A stretch of DNA of 64,000 bases from Myxococcota bacterium. Lineage in GTDB: Bacteria; Myxococcota_A; UBA9042; PHBI01; JAWLBL01. The notes beneath the pieces were generated by a model that had not been told where the DNA came from, made no database searches, and saw only the letters and a program-made list of their open reading frames with translations. The position numbers were made by a program, and so were the translations under genes. Location: NCBI GenBank assembly GCA_041687695.1, contig JAWLBL010000013.1, forward strand, positions 128,001-192,000, written 5' to 3'. Positions 37,421-51,697 of the stretch are shown piece by piece; position 1 is the stretch's first letter; every line of letters starts with the position of its first letter.

Positions 37421-39256
37421 TCAGCGGATCTCGAGCACGAACGGCATCAGGGCGACGGCGCCCTCGCGGGCGAGCAGCGTCTCGACCAGGCTGACCGCGC
37501 GGGACAGGCGCTCGGCCAGGGGCGCCGGCAGGCCCACCAGCGCCGGCAGCGTGGGCGTCGCGCCGCGCAGGAGCAGCCGCGGGGCCACGAGCTGCAGCTG
37601 GTCCTCTTGCAGCAGCTCGAGGATCGAGCGCGGCTCGGGATAGGTCACCAGGCGCGCCTGGGCGCGGTCGATCTTGGCCAGCCGGGCGGCCTCGGCCACG
37701 GCCTCGTCCAGGCCCCCGAGCCCGTCGACCAGGCCCATGGCCAGCGCCTGCTGTCCGCTCCAGACGCGGCCCTGCGCGACCCGGTGGACGGCGTCATAGG
37801 ACATGCGGCGCCCCTTGGCGACGCGGTTGACGAAGGTGTCGTAGGTGCGCTGCATCCACGCGCGCACGGTCGCGCGCTCGGAGTCGCTGAAGGCGTCGAG
37901 CGGCGAGAAGATGCCGGCGTGCTTGCCGCGGCTGACCACGACGGTGTTGACGCCGAGCTTTCCGAGCAGGCCGCGGAAGACCACCTTGCCGCCGAAGACG
38001 CCGATGGAGCCCGTGATGGTCGTCGGCTCGGCGAGGATCTTCTGGGCGCCGCAGGCGATGTAGTAGCCGCCCGAGGCCGCCATGTTGCCCATCGAGACGA
38101 CCACCGGGCGGGACTTGCCGACGCGGCGGAGCTCCTGCCAGATGAGGTCGCTCGCCAGGGCCGAGCCGCCCGGGCTGTCGATGCGCAGGACGATGGCCTT
38201 GACCGAGGCGTCGTCCTCGATGTCGCGCAGGGTCTGCACCAGCGTCTCGGACGCGATGACCGCCTCGCTCGCGAAGGGGTCGTCGGACCCGCGCCCGGTC
38301 ACGATGGGGCCCTCGGCCGTGACCAGGGCGATCTTGGCCTCCGCCGCCGGCGCCCGGTCCGGCCGGCGGGTCAGGAGCTGCAGCAGCCCCATGAAGGAGC
38401 CGACGTCGGGCAGCGGCTCGGCCTTGGGGTAGGCCAGCTCGAGCGAGCGGTGGCTGGCCTCGAGGCTCCGCTTGAGGTCCTGCCACGTCGTGAGCTGGTC
38501 GACGAGGCCGCGCTTTCGGGCCTCCTCGGCCGTGAGCAGCCCGCGGTCCATCAGCGCCGTGACCTGGGCCGGGGTCAGCCGCCGGTTCTTGGCGAGCTCG
38601 GCCACCAGGCTGTCGAACAGGCTGCCGACCAGGGCGTCGAAGGCTTCGCGCGCCGCGTCCGAGATGTCCGACCGGGTCATCGGCTCGGCGGCGCTCTTGT
38701 AGCGCCCGATGGCCTCGACGTCGGCCTGGATCCCCAGCCTGTCGAGCAGGTCCTTGTAGAAGGCCAGCTCGGCGCGGAGGCCCGTCAGCAGGATCAGCCC
38801 CTCGGGGGTGGCGTGGACCTCGTCGGCGGCCGTCGCGGCCAGCATCATCCCGTTCTCGGCCGCGTCGAGGTGCGTCACGACCCGCTTGCCGGCCGCGCGG
38901 ACGCGCCGCAGCGCGTGGGTCAGCTCTTGCAGCTGCGCGAGGCCCATCTGCGTCGTGCCCAGGCGCAGGACCACGGTGCCGACGTCGTCGCGGGCGGCGG
39001 CGTCGTCCAGGGCGGCCAGCAGCTCGGAGAAGACCAGCGTCTTGTCGAGGCCCAGGATGTCCCAGGGGTTGTTCGCCTCGGCGACGCGGCCCGAGAGCTT
39101 GAAGACGAGGGCGCGCGGCTTGGCCTGCGGCGCGGCGGCGTTCGTCAGGCCGGGCAGGTTGAACGGGAACGCGTGGGCCGCCGCGGTGGCGACGAGCACG
39201 ATCAGGGCGACGGGGGCGGCGAGGAGCAGGGCGAGGGGGCGTCGGGGCTGGCGCAT
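37421..39256 (-). CDS. sppA: Signal peptide peptidase SppA (protease IV, long form)
   Basis: GRYKSAAEP, LRIDSPGGSALASD, SMGNMAASGGYY, TGSIGV, QGRVWSG. Confidence 0.95.
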   Translation of the reverse strand: MRQPRRPLALLLAAPVALIVLVATAAAHAFPFNLPGLTNAAAPQAKPRALVFKLSGRVAEANNPWDILGLDKTLVFSELLAALDDAAARDDVGTVVLRLGTTQMGLAQLQELTHALRRVRAAGKRVVTHLDAAENGMMLAATAADEVHATPEGLILLTGLRAELAFYKDLLDRLGIQADVEAIGRYKSAAEPMTRSDISDAAREAFDALVGSLFDSLVAELAKNRRLTPAQVTALMDRGLLTAEEARKRGLVDQLTTWQDLKRSLEASHRSLELAYPKAEPLPDVGSFMGLLQLLTRRPDRAPAAEAKIALVTAEGPIVTGRGSDDPFASEAVIASETLVQTLRDIEDDASVKAIVLRIDSPGGSALASDLIWQELRRVGKSRPVVVSMGNMAASGGYYIACGAQKILAEPTTITGSIGVFGGKVVFRGLLGKLGVNTVVVSRGKHAGIFSPLDAFSDSERATVRAWMQRTYDTFVNRVAKGRRMSYDAVHRVAQGRVWSGQQALAMGLVDGLGGLDEAVAEAARLAKIDRAQARLVTYPEPRSILELLQEDQLQLVAPRLLLRGATPTLPALVGLPAPLAERLSRAVSLVETLLAREGAVALMPFVLEIR

Positions 39257-39359
39257 GGGAAGCCTTGGTCTCGGTCGTCGCGGGGCGGCCGTGGCGCCCG
39301 ACGGGCACGCAGGGGCCGAGCGTCACGCCGGCCGATCGGCTGCCGGGGGAACCGTTGGT

Positions 39360-40268
39360 TCAGGGGCGGTATTCCTCGCCGTCGAGCAGAGGTCGCGCGA
39401 ACGGCAAGGCGGCGAGGAGGGCGACGGCGGCCCGCCGCTCGTCCGAGGTGGGCACGCGTCCGAGCGGGCCGGCGCGACCCGCGAGGTGGAAGGGATGATA
39501 GCCCGTCATGAGGTTGACGGGGACGTTCGGGTGGTGGGCCGCCAGCCACGTCAATACGGGCTCGGTGCAGCAGGACAGGTGGCCGGGCATCAGCAGGTGG
39601 CGCACGACGAGCTGCCCCGACCGGGCGACGAGGGCGAGCAGGGGCTCGAGGGTCGCGAGGTAGTCGCGCGCGCCGGAGAGCTTGAGCGCGCAGCGGTCGC
39701 TGCCGAACTTGTGATCGACCAGCCAGGTCCCGACGACGCCGGTGAGGCGGCCGACGACCTCGGGCGTGGTCCACAGGTTGGTGTTCCACACGACGTGGGT
39801 GTCGGGCCGGCACAGGGCCAGCGTCTCGAGGACGTACAGGAGGTTCACGTCCGGCAGGCCGCCGACGAAGTTGACGTTGCGGGCGCCCTCGGCGCGGCGG
39901 CGCGCGATCCGGCGGGCGAGGGCGGCGGGCGGCAGCGGCGCCCCGTGGGCGAGCGGCTCGCGCACCTGGCGGTCGTCGCTGCAGAAGACGCAGCGGAAGT
40001 TGCAGCCCGTCAGGTAGACGGTGTGCGACGGCAGGAGGCACCGCTCCTCGCCGAGGTGCAGGTACTCCTTGTAGACGCGGCCGCCGACGCCGACGCCGCA
40101 GGGGCCCAGGGCGCCCGAGAGGCGGTCGACGCCGCAGCGGACGGCGCAGACGTCGCAGGCGCGGTAGCGTTCCCGGGTCCAGACCAGCGCGTCTCGCAGG
40201 CGCTGGGGATCGACGCCGACCGAGAGGTCGGGCACGGGAGAGCCTGGGGTTTCGACGGGCGCCTGCAC
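39360..40268 (-). CDS. Radical SAM protein, PflX-like
   Basis: CDVCAVRCGVDR, HLGEE, GCNFRCVFC, NVNFVGG, VRHLLMPGH..CC. Confidence 0.88.
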   Translation of the reverse strand: MQAPVETPGSPVPDLSVGVDPQRLRDALVWTRERYRACDVCAVRCGVDRLSGALGPCGVGVGGRVYKEYLHLGEERCLLPSHTVYLTGCNFRCVFCSDDRQVREPLAHGAPLPPAALARRIARRRAEGARNVNFVGGLPDVNLLYVLETLALCRPDTHVVWNTNLWTTPEVVGRLTGVVGTWLVDHKFGSDRCALKLSGARDYLATLEPLLALVARSGQLVVRHLLMPGHLSCCTEPVLTWLAAHHPNVPVNLMTGYHPFHLAGRAGPLGRVPTSDERRAAVALLAALPFARPLLDGEEYRP

Positions 40269-40318
40269 GGCGGGTATCCTAGCGCAACTGGGCGCGCGAG
40301 GCGCGCGGGAGGCAGGCG

Positions 40319-41257
40319 ATGGGGCGACGGTGGCGGGCAGGGATCTGGGTGGGGGCGCTGAGCGCGGGCGTGGCCGGGTGCGCCACGCCGCCGCCGCCCA
40401 AGCCGCCGGTGACCCCCACGCAGCGCGTCGTCACGTTCTACAACACGACCGACGAGTGCGCCGTCGCGGCGCCGGTGACGCTTCGCACGGGCGCGGACGC
40501 TGGCGTCGTCGAGGTGCCGCCCGGCGGCGAGGCGCGCGTGACCGTCCCCACGGCGACCGACGCGTTGTCGGCGACGTGGGCCGGGCGCCCCGATCGGGCC
40601 GTGCCGCTGCCGCGCGACGGGGACGTCGCGTTCGTGGGGTGCGCGCACCCCGTGTTTCGGCGGCCGACGCCCGGCGCCGCGCCGGTCACGCTGGTCCAGC
40701 GCGAGCACGCCTGCGACGACGGCCCCTACGGCGTCGCGACCTGGCGTCTCGAGGACGCGCCCGTGGCCGTGACGCGGCCGGGCGCCTCGGTGACGCGCTG
40801 GCTGCCCCTCTCCGAGCTGGTGCTGGCCGTCGGCCTCGCGGGCCGAGCGCCCGAGGACCTCGCAGGCGTCATCGTTCCGCCCGCGGCGGACGCCGACGAG
40901 CCGCGCCGGGTCGTCCTGGGCTGCGACGACAGCCCGCGCGCCGGGGGGCGCTTGCTGCCGCTGACCGTGTGGGCCACCGCCGAGGGCTGCGAGCGTCCGG
41001 CGCCGGTGGGCGTGGTGCTGGCCGGCCGTCGCCTGCGCATCGAGCCGGGCGCCGCCTTCACGGTCTCGCTGCCGGCGGGGCGCCACCTCGTGACACCGTT
41101 CGATCCCGAAAGCGGCGCCACGGCGGACGAGCCGGTGGCCGTCGAGCTGACCGACCGCGGGGCCGTCCTCACGCGGTCCGCCTGCGGCTCCGCCGCGCGC
41201 GAGGTCGACGCGCCGGACGCCGTCGGCGACCTTGTCCCGAGCGGCGACGTGCGTTAG
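40319..41257 (+). CDS. Hypothetical lipoprotein
   Basis: VAG-C lipobox, repeated short beta-rich modules; fills the gap before cysS. Confidence 0.6.
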   Translation: MGRRWRAGIWVGALSAGVAGCATPPPPKPPVTPTQRVVTFYNTTDECAVAAPVTLRTGADAGVVEVPPGGEARVTVPTATDALSATWAGRPDRAVPLPRDGDVAFVGCAHPVFRRPTPGAAPVTLVQREHACDDGPYGVATWRLEDAPVAVTRPGASVTRWLPLSELVLAVGLAGRAPEDLAGVIVPPAADADEPRRVVLGCDDSPRAGGRLLPLTVWATAEGCERPAPVGVVLAGRRLRIEPGAAFTVSLPAGRHLVTPFDPESGATADEPVAVELTDRGAVLTRSACGSAAREVDAPDAVGDLVPSGDVR

Positions 41258-41296
41258 CGTCCCGCGCTTCCAAACCCGGAGCGAGCGGAGCGAGCC

Positions 41297-42795
<1,499 letters not shown>

Positions 42796-42799
<4 letters not shown>

Positions 42800-43545
42800 A
42801 GGTCCTGGTCGCCGGCTTCGACGAGGCGGCGACCGAGCGGCTGTCCGTGGCGCTGCGGGCCGCCGGGCACCACGTCGTCGGCGTGACCGGCCGCGAGAGC
42901 TGCCGGGCGCTGGTGCGCGCCGTGGGGCCCGACCGGGTCCTGGCGCCGGCGGGCGACGGCGAGGTCCTGGTGGCCGAGTGGCTGGCCGACCTGGACGCGG
43001 TGCCGCCGCTGGTGGCGCTGGCGCCCGGCGAGCCGCCGGAGACGGCCCTGGCGCCCCCGCGCGTCACGACCGGCCGCGTCACCCCGATGGCGCCGGAGCC
43101 GGCGCCGCGCCCCGCGCCGGCAGCGCGCCCTGCGCCCGCGCCGCCCGCCGTCCCCTCGGCGCCGCCGCGGCCACCCGATCCGCCGCCTCGTGCCCTCGAG
43201 CCCGAGCCATGGCTGAACGACGCGCCCCCGGCCCCGCAGCCCGGCCAGCCGAACATCGCCTCCAAGCTTGCTCAGGTCCGCTTCGGTGACTACCACTCAG
43301 TCCTCGAGACGACCGCAGCCGCCTCCGCGTGGGAGGTCCGCGAGCAGTTCGTCCACCTGGCGCGGCTGTACAGCCCGGCGGGCTGGCCGAGTCGGCTGAG
43401 CCCGGAAGACATTGACATGCTGGTCGAAATCGGTCGCGGGCTCCGGGACGCCTACGGTATCTTGGGCGACCCCGAGCTCAGGACCCGTTACGAGCGCGCC
43501 CTCACCGAGGCCAGCGCGCCCGGCCTCGAGCCCCTGCGACGCTGA
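42796..43545 (+). CDS. Receiver-like N-terminus + Pro-rich linker + J-domain-like C-terminus
   Basis: MKVLVA...L..AGHHV; DYHSVL, EVREQF..LA..YSP, AYGILGDPELRTRYE; GTG overlaps the cysS stop. Confidence 0.7.
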
Positions 43546-43569
43546 CGCCGGCCAGCACAGAGAGAATCC

Positions 43570-44121
43570 ATGGCACGCCTCCCCCTGGTCTACTATCCCG
43601 ACGTCGTCCTCAAGACGCGCTGCAGCGACATCACCGAGATCGACCAGGAGCTCGTGGACCTCGTCAAAGACATGGGCGAGACCATGTACCTGTCGCACGG
43701 CATCGGCCTTGCCGCGCCGCAGGTCGCCAAGAACATCCGGCTCGTCACGGTCGACGTCGAGCCCGACCGCGGCGGGGCGACGCTGATGCACCTCATCAAC
43801 CCGGTCATCGCCGACAGCCACGGAAAGACGACCTACCAGGAAGGCTGCCTGTCGTTCCCCGGCATCTCGGCCGAGGTCCGGCGCAAGGACAAGATCCACG
43901 TCAAGGCCTACGACGTGAACGGCCGCGAGCTCGACTTCGAGGCCGACGGCCTGCTCTCCATCTGCATCCAGCACGAGCTCGACCACCTCAACGGCGTGAC
44001 CTTCGTCGACCGCCTCAACCCGGTGCAGAAGAAGCTCGTCCTGCGCGACTACCTGCGCATGCGCGAGGACGACCGCGAGGACGACACGCTCGAGGCCATC
44101 CGCTCGGTGCACCAGAAGTAG
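43570..44121 (+). CDS. def: Peptide deformylase
   Basis: GIGLAAPQ, EGCLS, QHELDH. Confidence 0.98.
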   Translation: MARLPLVYYPDVVLKTRCSDITEIDQELVDLVKDMGETMYLSHGIGLAAPQVAKNIRLVTVDVEPDRGGATLMHLINPVIADSHGKTTYQEGCLSFPGISAEVRRKDKIHVKAYDVNGRELDFEADGLLSICIQHELDHLNGVTFVDRLNPVQKKLVLRDYLRMREDDREDDTLEAIRSVHQK

Positions 44122-44130
44122 GAGCACTTC

Positions 44131-45078
44131 GTGCGCATCGTGTTCATGGGCACGCCCGAGTTCGCGGCCGTGTCGCTGCGCGCGCTGCTCGGCTCCCACC
44201 ACACCGTCGCCGGCGTCGTCTCGCAGCCGGACCGCCCCGCCGGCCGCGGCAACGCCATGAAGCCTCCCGAGGTCGCGGTGGTGGCCCGCGAGCACGGCCT
44301 GCCGCTCATCCAGCCCGAGGCCGTGCGCACCCGCGAGTTCCGCGCCTGGCTCCGCGCCCGCGAACCCGAGATAGGCGTCGTGGCGGCCTTCGGGCACGTC
44401 CTCGGCCCCAAGGTCCTGGGCCTGCCGCCGCGCGGCTGCCTGAACGTGCACGCCAGCCTGTTGCCGCGCTGGCGCGGCGCGGCCCCCATCCAGGCGGCGC
44501 TGCTCGCGGGCGACCCCGAGTCGGGAGTGTGCATCATGCGCATGGAGCCCGGGCTCGACACCGGCCCCGTGCTCCATCGCCTCGCCACGCCCATCACCGA
44601 CCAGGACACCGCCGAGACCCTGCACGACCGCCTGGCCGCCCTCGGCGCCCGGGCGCTGCTCGAGGCCCTCGACCGCCTCGAGGCCGGCCCCGTCCCGGCC
44701 GAGGCGCAGCCGGCCGAGGGCGTCACCTGGGCGTCGCCGCTGCGCCGCGACGACGCGGACCTCGACTTCACCCAGCCCGCCGAGGCCCTGGCGCGGCGCG
44801 TGCGCGGCCTGCACCCGTGGCCCGGCACGCGCGCCCGGCTCGGCGGCCAGAGCGTCAAGGTCTTCCCGCCGGTCGCGGCCCTGCCGCCCGACGAAGCCAC
44901 GGCCGGCGCGTCCCCCGGGACCGTGGTCGCGGCCGGCCCCGACGGCGTGGACGTCGCGACCGGTGACGGCGGCCGCCTGCGGCTGATGCGCCTGCAGGCC
45001 CCCGGCCGCAAGCCGCTCGACGCGGGCCCGTTCCTGGCCGGCCATCCGCTCCCCCCAGGCACCCGGTTCGACCCATGA
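44131..45078 (+). CDS. fmt: Methionyl-tRNA formyltransferase
   Basis: FMGTPEFA, QPDRPAGRG, NVHASLLPRWRGAAPIQ, LDTGP. Confidence 0.98.
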   Translation: MRIVFMGTPEFAAVSLRALLGSHHTVAGVVSQPDRPAGRGNAMKPPEVAVVAREHGLPLIQPEAVRTREFRAWLRAREPEIGVVAAFGHVLGPKVLGLPPRGCLNVHASLLPRWRGAAPIQAALLAGDPESGVCIMRMEPGLDTGPVLHRLATPITDQDTAETLHDRLAALGARALLEALDRLEAGPVPAEAQPAEGVTWASPLRRDDADLDFTQPAEALARRVRGLHPWPGTRARLGGQSVKVFPPVAALPPDEATAGASPGTVVAAGPDGVDVATGDGGRLRLMRLQAPGRKPLDAGPFLAGHPLPPGTRFDP

Positions 45079-46037
45079 ACGCACATCGCACGACCGCGCG
45101 CGCCGTCCGGGCCCGCTCGCCCTGGGCGGGCGTGGTGGCCGCGCTGCTCGCCGTGGCCTGTGGCACCGACCCGGTCGGTGGCGGCGAGCGCGCCCTCGAG
45201 GAAGCGCTCGCGACGAGCCGCGGCGAGGTGTCCCCCGAGGCGAGGGTCTGGGGCGCCGAGCCGCCGCCCCTGGCCGGCGCCAGCCCGCACCGCATGACCG
45301 TCGAGGCCAGCTTCTCGCTGCGCGTGGGCGACAAGGAGACGCAGACCGTCACCATCGCGCGGCGCATCGATCGCCGCGGCGACGCCTTCCGCATCGACGA
45401 GCGCCACGCCCTCGCGCACCCGCAGCTGACCGACGGCGAGTACGAGGACGGGCGCGAGGCCGTGTTCGACGGTCGCCGCTTCGCCACCCGGCGCAAGTGG
45501 AGCCCCTGGATCGAGCGGGACACGCTGTACGGCGGCCACGCGACCGCCATCCGCGAGGCCTACGGGCTGGCCGAGCCCGTCCTGACGGCCTACGAGCCGT
45601 GGCTGAGGTGGGTCCCGGTCGCGGGCGAGCCCGAGCTGGCCGGCCTGCCGGTCCGTTGGTCGTCGGCCCAGCTGGACCCCGGCGGCGCCCCGCCCAGCGC
45701 CACGCCGGCCGCGCTCGCCGCCCAACGCGACAACCAGCGCGCCTGGCCGCAGTGGCTCGGCGCGACGCACCGGCCCCAGCGCGTCGTGGGCAGCGTGGCC
45801 CACCGGGTCGGGTCCAGCGAGGTGGTCGCCCTCGAGCTGAAGATCGAAGGCACGGCCACGGTCGAGGGCAAGCAGGCGCCGTTCACGCTGACCCTGACCA
45901 TGAAGCCCGAGGCGCTGCCCGAGGACGCCGATCTGGCGCTGCCTGACGAGGTGCTGCCGGCGCGCCGTCCGCGCCCGTGGCAGATGGTCGAGGAGGTCCT
46001 GGGCGACGCGCTGAACCCGATCTACGTCCGCAAGTAG
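45075..46037 (+). CDS. Hypothetical lipoprotein
   Basis: AVA-C lipobox; ATGA overlap with fmt. Confidence 0.7.
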   Translation: MNAHRTTARAVRARSPWAGVVAALLAVACGTDPVGGGERALEEALATSRGEVSPEARVWGAEPPPLAGASPHRMTVEASFSLRVGDKETQTVTIARRIDRRGDAFRIDERHALAHPQLTDGEYEDGREAVFDGRRFATRRKWSPWIERDTLYGGHATAIREAYGLAEPVLTAYEPWLRWVPVAGEPELAGLPVRWSSAQLDPGGAPPSATPAALAAQRDNQRAWPQWLGATHRPQRVVGSVAHRVGSSEVVALELKIEGTATVEGKQAPFTLTLTMKPEALPEDADLALPDEVLPARRPRPWQMVEEVLGDALNPIYVRK

Positions 46038-46053
46038 GCGGCCGGCGCCAAGT

Positions 46054-46848
46054 TCAGAGGCGAACGGCGCCCGTGAGCCCGACGTAGGGCACGTTGCGCA
46101 GACCCACATCCAGGCGCAGGACACCTTCGGCGCCCAGCTCGACCTGCAGGCCGCTGAACAGGTGCAGCACCGGCAACACACGGGGGACCTCTGCGTCGTC
46201 GTAGGTGACCTGGCGCCAGTGGGGGCAGGTCGCGACCGGCTCCTCGCAGGTGGGCAGGACCTCGGCCGTCCGGGCGGGGCCGATGAGCGCGGCGAGGCCG
46301 AGGCCGGCGCCGTAATGCAACGCGAAGGTGCCGGAGCCGAAGGGCACGAAGCCGCGGTAGGCGACGTCGACCGACAGGATGTCGAGATCGATCTCGGCGT
46401 AGGTCGCCCCGAAGGTGGGCGTCCCGGTCAGCCGCCAGTTGCCGTCGGGGAAGGAAAGGCGCATCCAGTCGACCTCGACGGCGATCTGGTAGTCCAGCCG
46501 CCGGCCGGTCACGAAGGTGACGCCGGCCGCGACGCCGTCGACCGACGGGTGGTCGGTGTAGAAGGCGCTCAGGATGGCGTCGGGGATGCTGACGAAGCGG
46601 CTGTAGACGCCCATCAGCGACTCGCGCGGGGCCTCGGGGCCCGGCTCGGGTTCGGGATCCGGGGCGCGGCGCGTGACCGTCGGCGCCGGGCCGAGCGCGC
46701 CCGGCTCGGGGTGCAGGCGCGAGGCGCCGCCGCGCTCGTCGAGGATGGGGAGCGGGTCGGCCGGCTGGGCGCGCGCGCCGTCGCTCGGGGCGACCGTCAG
46801 CGTCAGGGCGGCGAACAGGACGCGCGCGATGGGGCAGGGGTGGCGCAT
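46054..46848 (-). CDS. Hypothetical exported protein, possibly a beta-barrel
   Basis: Signal peptide ending ARA-Q, amphipathic strands, Cys pair in a loop. Confidence 0.6.
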   Translation of the reverse strand: MRHPCPIARVLFAALTLTVAPSDGARAQPADPLPILDERGGASRLHPEPGALGPAPTVTRRAPDPEPEPGPEAPRESLMGVYSRFVSIPDAILSAFYTDHPSVDGVAAGVTFVTGRRLDYQIAVEVDWMRLSFPDGNWRLTGTPTFGATYAEIDLDILSVDVAYRGFVPFGSGTFALHYGAGLGLAALIGPARTAEVLPTCEEPVATCPHWRQVTYDDAEVPRVLPVLHLFSGLQVELGAEGVLRLDVGLRNVPYVGLTGAVRL

Positions 46849-46915
46849 GAAGCGGCGCTAGCATAGGTTGGCATGCGCCTGGCCGCAATCGGCATCGGAC
46901 CCGAGGAGCCCGCCC

Positions 46916-47560
46916 GTGACCACGCCCACCCGCTACGTCTTCGACCTCGACGGCACGCTCGTGGACGCCTTCGCCGACCTCCTGGACGCCCTCGGCCACG
47001 CCCTGACCCGGCTGGGCGGCCGCCCGCTGACGATGCCCGAGCTGAAGGAGCGCGTGGGCCACGGCGCGCACCACCTGGTGGCCAGCAGCTGCGGCCTGGT
47101 CGGCCTGCCGGACGAGGCGGTGGACGAGGCCTACGCCCTCTTCAAGGCCGCCTACCGCGGGCACTGCAGCGCCAAGACACGCGCCTACGAGGGCGTCCCG
47201 GCGCTGCTGACCGCGCTCGGGCCCGAGCGCGGCGCCGTCCTGACGAACAAGCCGCGCGCCTTCGCGCTGCGCATCCTGGGCGAGCTGCGCCTGCGGGCGC
47301 TGCTGGGGCCGGTCGTCGGCGGCGACAGCCTGCCGACGCGCAAGCCCGATCCGTCGACGCTGCGCTTCGTCGCCCGCCTGTGGGGCGCGCCGCTCGAGTC
47401 GCTGACGATGGTCGGCGACAGCGTCATCGACGTCGAGGTGGCGCGCCGCGCCGGGATCCCGTGCGTCGCCGTCACCTGGGGGCAGCACGGCCGGGAGGTC
47501 CTACTAGCGGCTGGGGCGACGCGCATCATCGATCACCCGAGCGAGCTGCTCACGGACTGA
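46916..47560 (+). CDS. HAD-family phosphatase (phosphoglycolate phosphatase-like)
   Basis: FDLDGTLVD, LTNK, KPDP, MVGDS..D; GAGGAG RBS. Confidence 0.9.
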   Translation: MTTPTRYVFDLDGTLVDAFADLLDALGHALTRLGGRPLTMPELKERVGHGAHHLVASSCGLVGLPDEAVDEAYALFKAAYRGHCSAKTRAYEGVPALLTALGPERGAVLTNKPRAFALRILGELRLRALLGPVVGGDSLPTRKPDPSTLRFVARLWGAPLESLTMVGDSVIDVEVARRAGIPCVAVTWGQHGREVLLAAGATRIIDHPSELLTD

Positions 47561-47651
47561 GCGCGTGGCCGGGGCCGCAGCGCTGCGTCGACCCCCCGAA
47601 GAGCCGCGGATGGCCGCGATTTGGCGCAAGAAATTGGCGTCGACAGTAGCG

Positions 47652-47680
47652 TTGACACCTCTGGGGGGGCGTGTTAGGCA
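47652..47680 (+). promoter_or_regulatory. Putative promoter of the tRNA-Gln/rplY operon
   Basis: TTGACA-17nt-TAGGCA with TGn extension. Confidence 0.55.
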
Positions 47681-47741
47681 TCCGCACCCTCGCTTCCGGG
47701 GGTCCCCGGGGACCTTCGAGCGGGATGCCCAAGCGGCTTGC

Positions 47742-47813
47742 TGGGGCGTCGTCAAGTGGCAAGACACGGGTTTTTGGTACCCGCATTCGTAGGTTCGAAT
47801 CCTACCGCCCCAA
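47742..47813 (+). tRNA. tRNA-Gln(TTG), CCA not encoded
   Basis: Acceptor TGGGGCG/CGCCCCA, anticodon arm CGGGT-TTTTGGT-ACCCG, T arm GTAGG-TTCGAAT-CCTAC. Confidence 0.95.
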
Positions 47814-47928
47814 GTCGCCTCCACATCCACCATCGATTCCGAAGGTGACCGGCCCGTCGGGGCCGGCGCTGTAGGACCTGCCGACCGCCGACACCAGGCG
47901 CGCGGCACATGCCCATCGAGGATCCGTC

Positions 47929-48546
47929 ATGGAAACTGCCCAGCTCCGCGCCACCCCGCGCCCCGAGGCCGGCAAGAGCGCCAACCGCACCCTGCGCGCC
48001 GGCGGCAAGATCCCGGCCGTCGTCTACGGCTACCAGCGCGAGAACGCGCCCATCGCGGTGTCGCCCAAGGAAGTCGTCGCCATCCTCAACGGCCCGCGCG
48101 GCTTCAACACGCCGATCGAGCTGACGGTCGAGGGCGAGGCCACGCCCCGCCTGACGATGATCCGGGACCACCAGCTGCAGCCCTGGCGCCGCACGCTGCA
48201 GCACATCGACTTCTGGGAGATCACCCCGGAGACGGTCGTGACCGTCACGGTCCCCTTCGAGCGCGTGGGCCGCTCGGCGCCCGAGCGCGCCGGTGGCAAG
48301 GTCCGCCAGACCCGCAAGGACCTGAAGATCCGCTGCGTGCCCAGCAAGATCCCGGCGTCCATCCAGTTCGACATGACGGCCATGCCCGAGGCGAACGCCA
48401 ACATCACGGTCTCGCAGATCCCGATGCCCGAGGGCATCGAGGCCGTGTGGAAGCACGACTTCAGCCTCATCCAGATCAAGATGCCGAAGGTCGTCGCGAC
48501 CGAGGCGGCGCCCGAGAAGGGCAAGAAGGGCAAGGGCAAGAAGTAG
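47929..48546 (+). CDS. rplY: 50S ribosomal protein L25/Ctc (long form)
   Basis: GKSANR.LR..GKIPAVVYG, QHIDF, IPASI. Confidence 0.95.
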   Translation: METAQLRATPRPEAGKSANRTLRAGGKIPAVVYGYQRENAPIAVSPKEVVAILNGPRGFNTPIELTVEGEATPRLTMIRDHQLQPWRRTLQHIDFWEITPETVVTVTVPFERVGRSAPERAGGKVRQTRKDLKIRCVPSKIPASIQFDMTAMPEANANITVSQIPMPEGIEAVWKHDFSLIQIKMPKVVATEAAPEKGKKGKGKK

Positions 48547-48655
48547 CGATCGGGGCGGCTCGCCGCCCCGCGTCGCCAGCGCCGTTCGTCCGGCCTCGCT
48601 TCGGCGCGGGCCGGGCGGTCGGGGCCGCAAGCAAAGGATCATGGAGGGCCTGGAC

Positions 48656-49234
48656 ATGCCCTGGCTGGTCGCCGGTCTGGGAAATCCGGGCCCTCAGTAC
48701 GCCGGGAACCGACACAACATCGGTTTCATGGTGGCCGACGAGCTCGCGCGCCGCGCGGGCGAGACCTTCCGTGACAAGTTCAACGCCCGGATGGCGCGGG
48801 GGCAGCTATCGGGACAGGACGCGGTCCTGCTCGAGCCCCTGACCTTCATGAACCGCAGCGGCACCTCGATCGCGGCCGCGGCGACCTTCTTCAAAGTCGA
48901 CATCGGGCAGGTCATCGTCATCCATGACGAGCTGGATCTGCCCTTCGGCGCCCTCCGAATCAAGGTTGGGGGCGGACACGGGGGTCACAATGGCCTCCGC
49001 TCGATCTTTCAGCATCTGGGCCAGGACTTCGTTCGGATCCGGTGCGGCATCGGCCGCCCGGCCCACGGAGACGTGACGGGGTACGTCCTCGGAGACTTCT
49101 CCGCGGACGAGCGACCGCACCTCGCCCAACTCATCGACACGGCCGCGGACGCCGTGGAGAGCGTGCTCCGGGTCGGTCCGGGGCCGGCGATGAACACCTT
49201 CCACGCCGACAAGGGCAAGGGTGGAAGGGCTTGA
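48656..49234 (+). CDS. pth: Peptidyl-tRNA hydrolase
   Basis: GLGNPG, RHNIGF, P.TFMN.SG, HDELD, GGHNGL. Confidence 0.98.
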   Translation: MPWLVAGLGNPGPQYAGNRHNIGFMVADELARRAGETFRDKFNARMARGQLSGQDAVLLEPLTFMNRSGTSIAAAATFFKVDIGQVIVIHDELDLPFGALRIKVGGGHGGHNGLRSIFQHLGQDFVRIRCGIGRPAHGDVTGYVLGDFSADERPHLAQLIDTAADAVESVLRVGPGPAMNTFHADKGKGGRA

Positions 49235-49271
49235 TTGGGGACATGACCCCTCACGACGAGGAGCAAAGTCG

Positions 49272-51548
<2,277 letters not shown>

Positions 51549-51555
51549 GCACCGG

Positions 51556-51640
51556 GACGCGGCGTGCCCCCACGGGCGCCGCGTCCTCGTGATTTGGGAC
51601 TTGCATGACGGGGGCGGGTGAGACATTCTCCCGCCCCCGT
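51556..51640. terminator. Two hairpins between hppA and rpsF
   Basis: GACGCGGCG...CGCCGCGTC and ACGGGGGCGGG...CCCGCCCCCGT. Confidence 0.45.
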
Positions 51641-51643
51641 TCG

Positions 51644-51697
51644 TCTCCTTGCTCCGGCCGAAGGTCGGCCGGGGCCCGAAGTCCAAAGGGAGAACCG
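51644..51697 (+). ncRNA. S6:S18 ribosomal protein leader (rpsF autoregulatory RNA)
   Basis: TCTCCTTGCTCC-stem/loop-GGGGCCCG...CCAAAGGGAG pairs over the SD of rpsF; resembles the known rpsF leader. Confidence 0.7.

Noticed and set aside
47742..47930. tRNA as an island integration site
   Set aside because: No integrase and no duplicated tRNA 3' end in the window
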